Shown: positions 1 to 12,364 of the stretch, in pieces
Layout: every line of letters begins with the position of its first letter
How positions within the stretch are numbered: the stretch's first letter is position 1
Assembly (NCBI GenBank): GCA_976551045.1
Contig: CDPCPM010000074.1
Location: 7,502,001 to 7,566,000, forward strand
From: Glaucostegus cemiculus
Taxonomy: Eukaryota
Direction of reading: 5' to 3'
DNA length: 64,000 nt
Program-made: the position numbers and the translations under genes
The notes under the pieces: model-generated
Database searches by the model: none
What the model was told of the DNA's origin: nothing
Seen by the model: the letters and a program-made list of their open reading frames with translations, nothing else

Positions 1-679
1 AGTAAAGGCTTTGGAAAAGTTAAGCATTTAAACAATTCTTGTATGGTGTTGAATTTCAGCACGTATTAGAGCAAATTCCGAAACAAAGCCAGAACTTGTA
101 AACTGATTAACTCCATTGTGGTTCTGGCAGCTTCTTGTGAATTGCCAGAACACCATCAATGACTATTATTCTAAATTAAATAACTTAGTTTTTTTTATTC
201 AATGCGTCCAGATCTCTCGCTTACAGGTAACAGTACACATCTCCCACTTTCAGCGGAAACTAGGGAGCGGGCGCACCACAAAACATATTGATATGGGTGA
301 CAAATTTAGCGTGAACTTGGTTTGAACTCATAGATCCAGTTACAATCCACAAATGCGGAATATATTCCAAGTGCAGAAAACAAACTCCAGATTGAATTAA
401 TTTGAGAGCTGCAGTCGAGTGTCTAGCTCATTTATTAGTGTGGAAATGACTCAGATTTGAGGGATAAAAAGGAAATCTCGTCAATATTTGAAGTCGGTTA
501 ACCACACATCCAGAAATACAACAGGTCTGCAAAAGAACAGGGCGTTCAGCCTGGAGAACTATCACGCACTTTCCAATAAATGTTAGATTTACTTTGCAGA
601 ACATCAAATACTTTATAGAAAATTAAAAAACAAATTGCATTTAATGCGGTTGGCGATTTTAATTCCATGACGGTGTCGT

Positions 680-2200
680 TTGCTGCGCTGGGTTTTCCGC
701 TTTCCGCCCGAGCTATGAGTGTAAACACCCTTCTCCCACTTAATGGGTGCTTAACACATCCCCCTCCTCCCTCCCTGTATTTCTCCAGAATAAAATCCAA
801 TTTAGCTGTCAAAATGGCAGTGTGTGTGTGTGTTTGTTTTTAATGTGTGAGTAAGCTCCGCGCCATGTGTTTACTCAGCGTAACTCTCGTGTTGGTGGGC
901 GGACCTTGTGACCAACAAGCTCCTCCTCATCAACCGAACTTGAAACGGGGGAAAGGGAGGGGCGGCAATGAGAAAGCGGCCGCCTCCCCGCCTTTCCGGC
1001 CGCGCTATTGGCCGCTTTGCTCGGGCTCGCCGGCAAGCTGCGGCGCTGGTTGGAACAGCCGCCTTTCTCGTCAGGCTTGTCTCCGCCCCGTTTCTTACGC
1101 GGGGGCCAGCAGGTTAGGTGGCTGTGTCGGAGTTTAGCCTAGTACAATACAGCGCTTGTGTGCGTGAGGGAAGGAAAGTAGGACAAATGGTACGGCAGGG
1201 TCATGAAGGTCTATGAGTGTTATTAGCAGTGATCTGCGGACGCGTCGCGGCTCTCAGCTCCTCTCCCTGCTTTGTTTGGAAATCACAGTTTTCTTTTGGA
1301 GCTTCGACGTCTTGTGACCATTTTTCCTTTGGCCCGAAGTGACTTGTAGGTCTCTTTTTTTTGGGGGGGGGGCTGCCAGTTTATGAAGTGACGGAGTAAC
1401 TTTTCTCTCGACTTTTGTTTTCCTCCTCGTGTAGCCCTGCCAAGTGGGGAGGTGGAGGGGGTGGGGAGGGGGAGAAAATAACTTTATTTTTTTGGAAAGA
1501 ATATATCAAAGTGAGTCCCCCCTCTCTCTCTCTGCCTCCTCCCCCCGGAGTCATGGCCGAGGCACCGCCGCTGCAACAGGTCGTGGAGATCGACCCCGAT
1601 TTCGAGCCTCAGTCCCGGCCACGGTCGTGCACCTGGCCGCTACCTCGACCAGATTTCAGCTGCGCTTCCTCGCCGGCTTCGGTCAAGCAAGAAGGGCCGA
1701 GCGAGTTCAACCTGACCCCGGAAGGAGCCGGCCGGGTGAGCGCTTCGGTCTCGCCGGCTCTGGTACTGGAGGAGCAAGAAGAGGACTTCGACCAGAAGCC
1801 GGTGGTGCTGGCGCCCGAGTGCTGCGGCGACTTCCAGTGCCAGCACCAGGATGGTTGTCACCACCAACATCAGCACCAGCAGCAACAAGTGTCGCCGGCC
1901 GGAGCCGCTTCGGCAGCCCAGAGGAAGAGCAGCTCGTCCCGGAGAAACGCTTGGGGCAACCTGTCGTACGCCGACCTCATCACCAAAGCCATCGAGAGCT
2001 CTCCTGAAAAGAGACTCACCCTGTCCCAGATTTACGACTGGATGGTCAGGAGCGTTCCCTACTTCAAGGATAAGGGAGACAGTAACAGCTCTGCTGGATG
2101 GAAGGTGGGAACAAAATACTATTTTTTTTCCCCTCCACTGAGTCCCAAATTTTTAACTCCATTAAATCCGTGCCGGGTGGGCATCCGTGCGAACATGTGA
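680..2200 (+). promoter_or_regulatory. CpG island / FOXO1 promoter and 5' region
   Basis: Dense CpG in an otherwise CpG-poor window. GGGCGG boxes near 897 and 960, ATTGG (reverse CCAAT) at 1007, forkhead cores GTAAACA 721-727 and TGTTTAC 868-874. No clear TATA box; the TSS cannot be placed. Confidence 0.8.
1553..2104 (+). CDS. FOXO1: Forkhead box protein O1, coding exon 1 (184 codons)
   Basis: gtcATGG start. [33 protein letters not shown] contains the Akt/14-3-3 site (T24 equivalent). [42 protein letters not shown]...SSAGWK is the N-half of the forkhead domain. Ends at AAG|GTGGGA, the conserved FOXO intron position. Confidence 0.97.
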
Positions 2201-3479
2201 TTGAATTAGTTATGTTTAACTTTTTTTTCCACAAAAAAAATCATGTGTTTTGTTACACTTCCACGCTCACGTTTGTGCATATTCTTGCACATCCACTTAG
2301 CGCCAATTGTTGTCCCGGAGGAAGGAAATCTGATGGGGATGATATGAGCGACTCTGTGTTTAAATATTCCGCTTGTAGGAAAGTAAAATTATTTGTTTTT
2401 CCAACTCTACTTTTAAATCATTCCAGTACTAGTCACAGATTATTTAATATCAGACATTAAAGAGATTTTTCCTTTTCATCTTTCATCATGCCATCAGTTT
2501 TAAGCGGTGCCACGGTACTTTGATCACTAGAATAACTCGTGTGACCAAACAATTCTAGTGAATCCTTGTTAAGTAATCAAGGAATTGTCCCTTGCTCAAA
2601 CGGATGAGGGACTTTTGACAGCTTCACGTCAGATTTCCAATACATACTCGAGAACAAATATTAGTCACCTCTAACATATTTATAGCATACTATTAAAGTT
2701 AAGCTGTCATTGTATTACGTTTTATTAACAAGACTTATTTAGCCTTGGGGGAACAAGTGATTTGTAAATAAATCAATACTGACTGACGTACGACCTAAGT
2801 TCGCAAAACCAAATAATTTTTGTGCCATTAGATGAGTTAGCGGTAAATATTTTGTATCACTGTCAGGGCACTTTCTTTGAAAAAGTTGTGCTTTGGGAGG
2901 GGCAGTAATACTATGGATTGGCAATGAGCCTATTTTGCCATTATTTCATGCAACGCTGGTTTATGTAAATAACGAGTTGGAGAACATCGGATATTTGTGG
3001 AATAAATCTCAATTGTTCAATCACTGTTTGGACTTCCCATGAAGTGTTAGTCAGTGCTAATCAGCATGGCCGTGTCATAAAGGCAGGTGCTACCGTCGTA
3101 ACTAAAACACTCATTAAAGAATATGAATCTCAGTTTTGTTTTACTGGAAATGCGCTAATCAGTCGGCACCTCCTTAGAAAGAAAGGCACACCAGCTTGTA
3201 GCCGGACTGTTTTGATGAAAACTACATTTTTGAACTTTAACAACTTCAAAAGTGCTGCCAAAAAAATCTAACTACGTCCAAAAAGCGCGATTACCCCACA
3301 TTTCATTAGACGTGACTTTAAATAGCCCCGCGTCCTCATTAAAGTTTGTAACTGGCATCGTGCTGTGGTTTGCAGTTGTATCATGTTCAACTGTGCCAAG
3401 TGCCAGCCGCATATCAGGGGCAGACATCACAATGGGTCATAACAGTAGTCATGTAGGACATTAATTATTTTATTTGAAC

Positions 3480-4270
3480 GGAAATGCCTGCTGCCTTGCT
3501 TTATCCGCCGTGTTTGGGGTTTTTGAGTCACAGTCGATAATGGAGTTCATAGTTGCCGGCTGAATCACGCACCTGTGCAGCTGCGAGCCAGCCTCCCTCC
3601 CTCCCTGCCTGCCTGAGGTTTTGCTCCCATCGCTGTCACATACATCTGTCACTCACCGCATCTTAACTTGCTGCAATCGCCTGTCCCGCCTGCACCGTGA
3701 TCTGATTGGTCTGATCACCCCGCACCGCGGGGGGTGGGGGGTGGAAAGCGCTACCAAAGACATCGATTGGACCGCAGCCGCTGTCGATCATTCTGGGGAC
3801 ACCAAACTTGGTGGTTTTTTGGAAGCGCGAGTGACGGGCAGGGAGTGACTCATTGACAGAAACAAAGTTACGTAAAGATAGAATTAGTTGAAAGTTAACT
3901 TGTAATTTATTAGTCGGCTCTCGTGTGAAAACAGGCGATGCTGAATCGTTGTACACATGTTTTGGAGGGTATTGTTTGGGTGAAGTGAAAGGCTTCGATA
4001 AATAAGAGAGTCCGATTCAGATTGTGACCTGTGTCGGCTTTCCGCTTTCTCTCGTGACTTAGCAGCGACTTGGAACAATTTCATGTGTTTTCGTCGTTTC
4101 ACTTTGTATGCATATGTCGCACTGTTGTTTTTGATATCAGAATGGAAATGGATTTGACGTTTTTTGTCAAATGAATTGTGCGATACCCTTTGTTGAGCAA
4201 AAAAAAAACACGGGCAGCTAGCGGAACGGTTCGTTATTTTTACATCTTCCGGCAAAACAGCCACAATAAG
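3480..4270. promoter_or_regulatory. Intronic CpG-rich element (enhancer or alternative/antisense promoter)
   Basis: Retained CpGs. AP-1 sites TGAGTCA 3524-3530 and TGACTCA 3846-3852, ATTGG at 3705 and 3766, and a G-rich KLF/Sp-type run at 3729-3744. Confidence 0.55.
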
Positions 4271-4689
4271 CCGTGATGCATTTCCTTATAGGTTGGAAAA
4301 TAACACATTTTTGAGAATTGACTCATTTGAACCTGCTTGAACTGTTCGAATGTTTACGTTATATAAATCATATTGCATAGATGAACATTACCTGTTTTGT
4401 TGACTACAGCCTTGTACCTGGGACTTTTTGTGGAATATCCCTCAATTTGCTGCTTTGGAACTAATCTAGATGCAGTGGTTCGGTGGCTCCAGCTGTACTT
4501 GAAATTGCACCTGCGGAACATTTTTTAAACTCAATTTTTTAAAGTACTATTTAATTATTCATTATTTACTGTGATAATGGTATTTTGTTCTAATACTTTC
4601 AATTTTGTCATAGTATCTTTGGTTATGGGAATAAAAAAATTTATTATTCAGTTGGTTGATACAGCTGCTCAGGGATGGTGGGTGTTTTA

Positions 4690-5370
4690 ACATTCATACA
4701 TGGGTGTGGATGATACTGGCTTGTTCAGTATCTTTAGTGCCCATCCCTAATCGCCCTCAAGTAGTAATGAGCTCTCCTCTTCTGACTTGGCTGCAATCCT
4801 TTTGCATGGAATCATACAACACAGATATGAGCCTTTTCAACCCACTCATCCATGCGAAACATGATGCCTATCTGGACCAAGTTCCATTTGCCTGCTTTAG
4901 GCCTGTGTTTCTTCTGTGCCTTTTCTATCCTAATACCTCTTTTTAACATTGCAGTAGTATCTGCTTCCGCCACCACCTCTGGCAGCTCAATCCAGGTATT
5001 CACCACCCTTCATGTGGGGAAAGCTTATCCCTTGGTTCTCCTTTTAAATTTCTCCCTGTCTCACCTAAAACCTGTACCCTCTGGTTCTAGACTCCTCTGC
5101 CCTGGGAAAAGAGGGGGGAAGGAGTAGCTTCTACAGTCATAAAAGGTAGAGTCCCAAGACTTTGACTTGCTGTCATGGAATGACGTCACTGAAATCTCCA
5201 AAGTTAGGATTGTGTTTTGACGGAGGCAAACTAGTGGATGTTCTTTTCCTTCTAGGTGGCATGGGTTTGTAGGGTGGTGTCTAAGATGCCTTGGTGAGTT
5301 GCCACAGTGCACTTGCTGATGGTAAGAAATCCCATGGTGTATGAGAGGAGCACTTGTCAATTAGTTGAAT
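4690..5370 (-). mobile_element. Decayed non-LTR retrotransposon 3' remnant, split by a CR1 insertion
   Basis: 4690-4800 and 5130-5370 resemble successive parts of the LINE remnant at 39940-40320, in the same orientation. Confidence 0.5.
4812..5112 (-). mobile_element. CR1 LINE 3' end
   Basis: The minus strand encodes a CR1 ORF2 C-terminus (SRTRGYRF, then VNTWIELPEVVAEADT), followed by the typical tail. Confidence 0.75.
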
Positions 5371-5789
5371 TTGTTTTATATTGTTGTTTCCCCTTCTGAC
5401 AAGGTGTTTCTGTTCTGTACACTGATTCTGTCTCTACCTAGCCTTGATGATCTTCAGGAGAGAATAGGATCTATTTGTATCAGACTCTTGCTTTCGGAGA
5501 GTATATATTTCAAATTCAAAACAAAGCATCCCTTGTATCAGTTTGAGTATCTTGGACTCCAACCACTGAAGCTCCAACGTTACGCTGAGTAAAGCCACAG
5601 TGGTCAACCGATTCTTTAAAAAAAACTGTGCAGTTTAACACTCTTTTTAAAAAAAAAAGTGGCTTAATTTTGTATTTTGCCTCTGGAATTTGATCATATC
5701 TAGAATCTCATTTAAGGGAACAATCAGAACAGCTATAAAGTAATTATGAAAGATTATCCCATAGCACAAGTTCAAATAAGGACAAAGGA

Positions 5790-5965
5790 GTAATTGGTGT
5801 ACTGGGCAATATTTATCCCTCCAGCATTTTATTGAAGAAATGAACAGATCACACTGGATTCTTTTTTTCCTTGTGTTACGTAGGAAATACTTCATTGGCT
5901 GTGAAGTGCTTAGAAAATTCAGAAGTAGTGCATGGGTTGCTAATTTAAATGGAAGTCTTTTTGTG
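5790..5965 (+). mobile_element. DeuSINE (SacSINE1-like) remnant
   Basis: gggcaatatttatccctc...aaatacttcattggctgtgaagtgctt...aaatggaagtcttttt matches the Deu domain and tail. Confidence 0.5.
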
Positions 5966-6039
5966 TCTAAATGATATGCAAATGCAGAGTTTGGTACATT
6001 AGTTGTATAACACCACTGCTACACTGTTTCACTTCTGGA

Positions 6040-6990
6040 ATTGAGTGAACAAGTGCTAAAAGATGTAAAGAAATATCACTGAAAAGTGACATGCAAGTGT
6101 GGCAGACAATTAAGTCTTTATTGCTAGAGGATTTGTGTACAAGAGTAAAGATGTCTTATCACAATTACTTAGGGCCTTGGTGAGGTCACACCCAGGGTTT
6201 TATGCACTATGGTCTCCTTGCCTTAAAAAATATACATTCTATAGACAGAATGCAGTAAATATTCACCACTCTGATTCTGGATTGGCAGGTCTGTCACATG
6301 AGGAAAATGAGTTGGATAGGCCTTTATTAGCTGTTTAGCTGCCAATGAACACTGGAATATGTCCTCTTATGAATAAAAACAAATTTTAAAAAATTAACAT
6401 GCAAGTACCAACAAATATCAAATAAAAACAAAACTTGAAGCAAATTGAGTGAATAGTGCAGTGGTAAGTGTTTCACTTGCACGTCATGGAAAGTGTCACT
6501 CGTACACAATATTTGCCATCTGCAAAGTTTAGAAGAATGAGAACTGACCTCATTGAACAGAGGGGTTGATATGGGGAATGTTTCCATTGGCTAAGGAGTC
6601 TAGAATTGAAGTTGAGCTCTGAACATAAGGGGTAAATGAGAAATTTCTTCTCTCAAGCTGGTGATTCTCAGAAGTTCTCTCTCAGGGTTACATATAAACA
6701 CAGAACAGTACAGCATGGGAACAGGCCCTTTGGTCCATGATGTCTCTGCTGACCATGATGCCAATTTAAATTGATCCCATCTGTACTTGATCTATATTCC
6801 CTCCCATTCCCTGCCTGTTCAATTACCTGTCTAAATGCCCCTTAAATGCAATGCCTTTGTGGAAATTAATAGGTCACAAAGAAATCTTTAACAAAAATAT
6901 GGGGTAGAGCAGGAAAATGTTTAGCAATAGAAGATCAGGTGTGATCTTATGAACTTGAAGGAGTGAATGGCCTATTCCTTCTCCTATCTT
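6040..6990 (+). mobile_element. Decayed CR1 fragments, with an opposite-strand CR1 tail at about 6697-6850
   Basis: LLRALVRSHPGFYALWSPCLKK resembles CR1 LYxALVRPHLEY.QFWSP. Tail gagtgaatggcctattcct is present, plus a nested reverse tail acagaacagtacagcatgggaacaggcccttt. Confidence 0.6.
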
Positions 6991-8707
6991 TTACATTGCA
7001 CTTACTTTCTCTTGACTGCTAACATTTTCCTTTCTCTTCCATCCTGCCCCCCCACACACACAGACACAAACATTCACCCTGTACACTTTTCCTGCTCCAG
7101 TGGTCCTAACTAGTTTTGTCTCCAAAAAGAAAGGTTTCTTGGTATCTGAGTGATGAGTTGCAACCCAGGGGCTCTCCCCACAATTAGGCTGTTTTTGTCT
7201 GTCTCTGCATACTATGTGTTAGATGGCTCTGTAGTATATTTGCTTGCTAATTAGTTGCAAAATTCTAATAAGAAATTAAGTGCTTTGACTAGTTTAGCTC
7301 AGTATGGCTGTGCTTAAGAATGAACAAAATTAGTGGCACAAATCACATCTATTGATATCTTTATGAAAGCAATTTATGGATTATACTTGTTTTTTTCTTA
7401 GTCTAATTAGAATGTAATAATTTGATATTTATTTGTATTTGGTTGCACTGCCAGGTTATTTTCTACTTGTGAAGGAATGCAGTTACTGCCAGTATTTGTT
7501 GGCAGCTAACCAGCCAAGAGTTAGCATGTGTTTGGGCCATTTTATTGGCTGTGGTTAACACAGCACACAAGGATTTTAAATCTTTAAGAATTTAAAGGTA
7601 ACTATTATTGGCAATGTTGTGTATTTCACTTTGTACAGTGTAATATGTTTTCACCTTTGTTCCTAATCTTTGTGTTCAACTCCTGTATTATTACTTTTAA
7701 TAAAGTAATACATTGTTGTCTGATCGCAGAATCAATACTTGAAACTTGCAGGGGTTGTTTAAAGCCCAGTAAAGCTCCTATTGGTAAACTTAAAGGCTAT
7801 GAAGAGAGGTAGTAGTTTTTTTTTAAAGTGAAGCCTACATGTAAGCTGTTTTGTCTGACAACAAAATCATAACACCGTTGTCATTAGAAGCAAGGCTGGA
7901 CCTGTTGGATATCAGATCATTAAGCACTTGCTATTGAATACCATTATATTCAAGTTAACAATGCTTTGCTCCTGGAGAAATGTTCTGTTACTGTAAAATC
8001 TACCTCAGCAGTGGGACTTGTAAGGAGTACAGCAAGGCCCAATAACCTTCATCTGCATAACTATCATCTTGTTGCTTGCAAATACTGGATGGAGGTAGGT
8101 GAAGGAGAAAAATTATGGATACAGATTTGCTGTATTGTATCATTCGTAATGAGATAAGTGCTACTAGTAGTCGTGGGTGGGAAGAAGAGTGTTAGATGCA
8201 GTGAGTCATTGTACCTACACATTTTGGTTCCAGCGGTTTAACTGAGTATGAAAGTGTCTTGCCTTGCCTGAACTGATGAGCAATTGTTCAGTTATTTAGG
8301 TAATTGTGTGTTTCTAGTCCCAGATCTATGATTAACCTTTTCGTAATTGCAGCTTTGAGTGATCTTGTTTTTCAATACTCTGTGGAGTCAGTGAAATTTC
8401 CTAGATTGTTTCATTCATCTTATCCTCAGCCAGGCAAATTAGATAGCAAGTAATGTGATAGCCTAGTTGACTCACTAGGATGTGGGCTAAAATATTTAGA
8501 CTAGAATCCTTTTTCTTTCTCCTTGTATGTTTTGTTTCTCCCCACCCCATCTCTTCAAAAGCCAGTCCAGATTGTCCCTCTTCTGTGCAAGATGGAGTAC
8601 TTGTGCAATCTGGAGCTCTAGTTTCCCATTTAAAAGTTTTCTACAACCAACACAACAGTACAGGAACAGGCCCTACAGCCCACAATTATAGAACAATACA
8701 GCACAAA

Positions 8708-8739
8708 ATCACTAGTTACATGTTATCACTAGTTACATG
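8708..8739. repeat. Tandem duplication (17-bp period) next to a short reverse CR1 tail
   Basis: atcactagttacatg-tt-atcactagttacatg. Confidence 0.85.
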
Positions 8740-9589
8740 CTGATTCTGCATTGTATCAAATACTTACCACTCTATGCACCCAAAGAATTGAAAGGCTAGT
8801 TTGGGAATTCTCCTTCAAATGCAAATAATAAAGTTATCAGATTTTTCTCTCAGCTTGTGCTTAAAGTGGAAAGTGATCAGCTGCCATTCTTACTTTAAAG
8901 CTATAGCAAAGTTGGATAACAACAGCAGAAATATTATCCTTTTGGTCTAACAGTAACCTGTGATTTGGTAATGCATGTACTGCCAATTCAGTCACTACAC
9001 AGTTATAGACCTGGGTTGCAAAAGAAAGTGAATGGTTAATGTCCTGTGACCATTTTAACACCTTGCTAATTTATATGTCTTGCAGTTGTAGCTTTTGTCA
9101 GTCTGGCATATTTTTGATTTGAAAATAACTAAGGTGACTCGACTTGCCCAAAGCTGGAATTTCTAGTTTTTGCTACTACAGTTTCAAACCTATTTCTTGT
9201 CTGTAATCAAATGAGGTGATCTGATTCAAGGTAGTTTCATTCTTTGGGAATTCCACCCACTTGCCCTTAGCAGAGTACCATGCCTACTGACAATTGACTC
9301 ATCATTTGCTGTCATATGCATGGGAGGTTAATTAATTCAAATCATACTTCTGGTAATTACATTTGCACAATGAGCTGAGTACTTCAATTATGGGTCATGT
9401 TTTCAACTTGCAGCTCATATGAGCCTCTGCTTAATACTTCACACTACTAGATTTGATTAAATTTCTGTGATCATGAGTTGGTTTTGGGATGATTGTTAAC
9501 TTTTTAGCAAAGGAGAATGTCAGTCTTGTAGTTGCTTTTCAGATAGCTATGAAAGGGCCAATGATCCATTTGAATCTAATTGCCACCTT

Positions 9590-9950
9590 TTGATGGTATG
9601 TGCAATGATGCCACTCTTACTTTTGGGAAGATGGCTTTGAATTCCAGTCCTACTCCAATGATTTGAATATGTAATCTTGGCTGGCGTGGTGTAAATCTGT
9701 CAGGGGTGTCCTGTCTTTCAGATGTGATGTTTTTTTTTAAAAAAAGGCCTGATTATTCCTCCCAGGTGGGTGTTAAAGATCCTGTGATACAATTTGAAAA
9801 ATGGTCATTGCCTCCAAAATAAATTGGTCATTTATCTTGCTGTTTATAGAATGTTATGTTCAATTAGCTTTCATGGTTTCCATTAATTACATGAGCAGCC
9901 AATAATGAGTTGTCAAACTTTAGGGCATTTTGGTAGTTGCAAGCTGTATT
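9590..9950 (+). mobile_element. DeuSINE (SacSINE1-like) remnant
   Basis: Head ...gaattccagtcctactcca, then gtctttcagatgtgatgtt, caggtgggtgttaaagatcc and ggtcatttatcttgctgttt. Confidence 0.5.
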
Positions 9951-11139
9951 CACATAAAACTGGGATTAGATATGCAGAAAACTTGTCAGAAAGCACCCTC
10001 TTAAACTGATGTTCAGTGCAGTTTTGGTTCAGGTTGAGGTATGTACATAGACATTTCTGTTGTGATGATTTAGTCAAATAAGCAGTGTAACTTTACATTG
10101 CTAAGCTCCTGGGAATCCAGCCCAGGCAGCTTGGCTGTTACTATTTGTGGACAGTATGATGTTACCAGTAATTCCAAGTTAACTTGCCATGCAATAGTTC
10201 AAAATATAGTGCATCATATGAACAATATTGACAATATGGAAGTCCATGAATTGTAATTATTAATCGTGGTTTTTATGAAATGCTCATGTTGCAAGGTAGC
10301 TGAGCTGATGTGGAATGACTGGTGGCGGGGGGACTAATATTGCCAACAATACCAAATGTAGATCTTTCAAATTGTAATGTATTATCATCTTCAGAAATGG
10401 CTTTAAAGAAATGCATTTACCATCTTGGATATCTTTTTGTCTTATTGACTACAATAACTTTGCATGATAAAGTGGTGCTGTTTGCTTAGATTAATAATTG
10501 AAGGTCAGCCATTATAGTTTAAATCCAACCTCCCTTCAGTAGCCACAGTAAACATCACATTGGCAATATATTAAATGAGATTTGTATATAAAGGATGGAG
10601 GTATTTGCCACTCACACCCACTACTTGTATGCTTTAGGAGGTGGGAGGAGAGGTGTGATTTTGGCACACAGGGTGTTTGGCATTGTGATCCTAATTTTTC
10701 AGCAGTGGCAAAAATGGTGTAGTTGATTTGTGCTGGCATTGAAGAGGATGCTGTGCCAAATGTTCTTTTTTTGACACTCTGCCTACAGAGCTTGGCTTAT
10801 AATGCAGTTCACATAGAAGCATAAAATTCAGCCAGGCAGCAGAGCTTGCCATTATAGAGAACAGTAGAGCCTTGTGTAAAGTTTTTTAAGGCTTGCCTCG
10901 TAGCAAAAGAGTGTAATCCTATTTGGAGCCGAAAGCCTTTTTGCTGGTAAAATAGATCAGCTGCGTGGTGGGAGGTGACAATGGGCTTGATGTAGAACCC
11001 TTGTCTGGCTGCAAATAAGTATCTTTCTGCTAGCAAGAGTGAGACAGGTGTGAGTGCTTCTCACTTCGTGCATTTCTTTTTGGGACCATCAGTCATGGCG
11101 TTGACCCAAGGTGGCAATTCTATTCACATGAGGGGGGAG

Positions 11140-11255
11140 AAAAGTGCAGATGCTGGAAATCTAAAGTAAAAACCGAAAATGCTAGAAGTACTCAGTAGGT
11201 CAGGCTGCAGTTATGGGAAGAGAAACAGTTAACATCCCAGATCAAAGACCTGGGA
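11140..11255 (-). mobile_element. Penelope-like element 3'-terminal fragment
   Basis: gcagatgctggaaatct...aaatgctagaagtactcagtaggtcaggc is the reverse complement of the Penelope tail at 13460-13530. Confidence 0.6.
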
Positions 11256-11661
11256 AGAAGAGAAGGAGCTCATTAAGCTGTAAGGGAAGTGGATGTCCCT
11301 GGTTGGGTAAACCCAGTTTTTATTCCATTTGTACACCTCTGAATCTTCAATTTGTGCAAAGATGTACGATGCACATCTTGCAAATAAGATGAGTCCAAAA
11401 TGCTCCTCTGCTTGTGATTTTTTTTAACATAATTTGTATTTTAATGCAAAAGAAAAAGCCATTCACTGAGGCATTCTTCCCCTTAAAAAAAAATGCCAAC
11501 ATTATAGACTACTGAAATTTATGCTAACCTTGTCTTGGTATGTGGCATTCGAGGTTCTTGAATGCAGCCATTATTAGAGGTGCTGTCATTTACATACAGT
11601 GTTATACTTGAGACTTTGTAGTATCATTTAGATGAGGAAAGGTTTCAAGGCACTACTTTGA

Positions 11662-12305
11662 AGACAGACGTGCTGGAGGAACTCAGCAGGCCAGGCAGCA
11701 TCCGTGGAGAAAAGCAAGCAGTCAAAGTTTTGGGTCAGGACTGAAGATGGGTAAAGGGGAAGCCCAATATATAGGAGGGGAAAGGCAGGGCAGTGATAGG
11801 TGGACAAAAGAGAGGTGTCAGAGTGGTGATCAGTAGATGCAGGTAAGATAGTGATGGGGGGATGGATCAAAGGTAAGGGGGGATAGAAGAGGTAGGCTAG
11901 ATAAGGGGGGGAGGAGAAAAGGCATGGTTGGGGGTGGGTGTGTGGGGATTACTTAGTCGTAGAATTCATTGTTCATGCTGTTAGCTGCAAGGTTCCAAGA
12001 TGGGGGAAAATGAGGTGCTGTTCCTCCAGTTTGCACTTAATTCTCCTGGCAGTATGGGAGGGAGAGTTGAAGTGACTGGCCATGGGGGAGATGCAGATTG
12101 TGGTTATGAACGGAGTGAGGGTGTTCTGCGGAGGTGGTCACCTAGTCTGCATTTGGTCTTGCCAGCGTAGAGGAGGCCACACTTGGAGCACTAAATGCAG
12201 TAGATGATATTAAGGGAGGTGTGAGTAAATCTGTCTCACCTGAAAGGACTGTTTGGGTCTCTGGATGGAGGTGGTGTAGGGGCAGGTGCTCCACCTATGA
12301 TGGAG
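11662..12305 (-). mobile_element. Penelope-like element (GIY-YIG end + 3' tail), left arm of an inverted pair
   Basis: Reverse complement of 12535-13500, for example aaaatgaggtgctgttcctccagtttgc versus gcaaactggaggaacagcatctcatttt. Confidence 0.8.
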
Positions 12306-12364
12306 GTGGTAGAAGGTTCTTTTGGGGGGGGGGGGGGGGGGGGGGTGGTGGGGGAGGTGAACAC

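Noticed and set aside
1415-1552. 46-aa in-frame N-terminal extension of FOXO1 in the ORF track
   Set aside because: Starts at a non-ATG codon and is low complexity. The conserved MAEAP start in good context is at 1553.
1444-2007. 187-aa Arg-rich alternative-frame ORF over exon 1
   Set aside because: GTG start and a typical stop-poor shadow of a GC-rich exon, with no recognisable domain.
2105-2200. Read-through of exon 1 to the stop at 2200
   Set aside because: Homology ends at the GT donor; the rest is intron.
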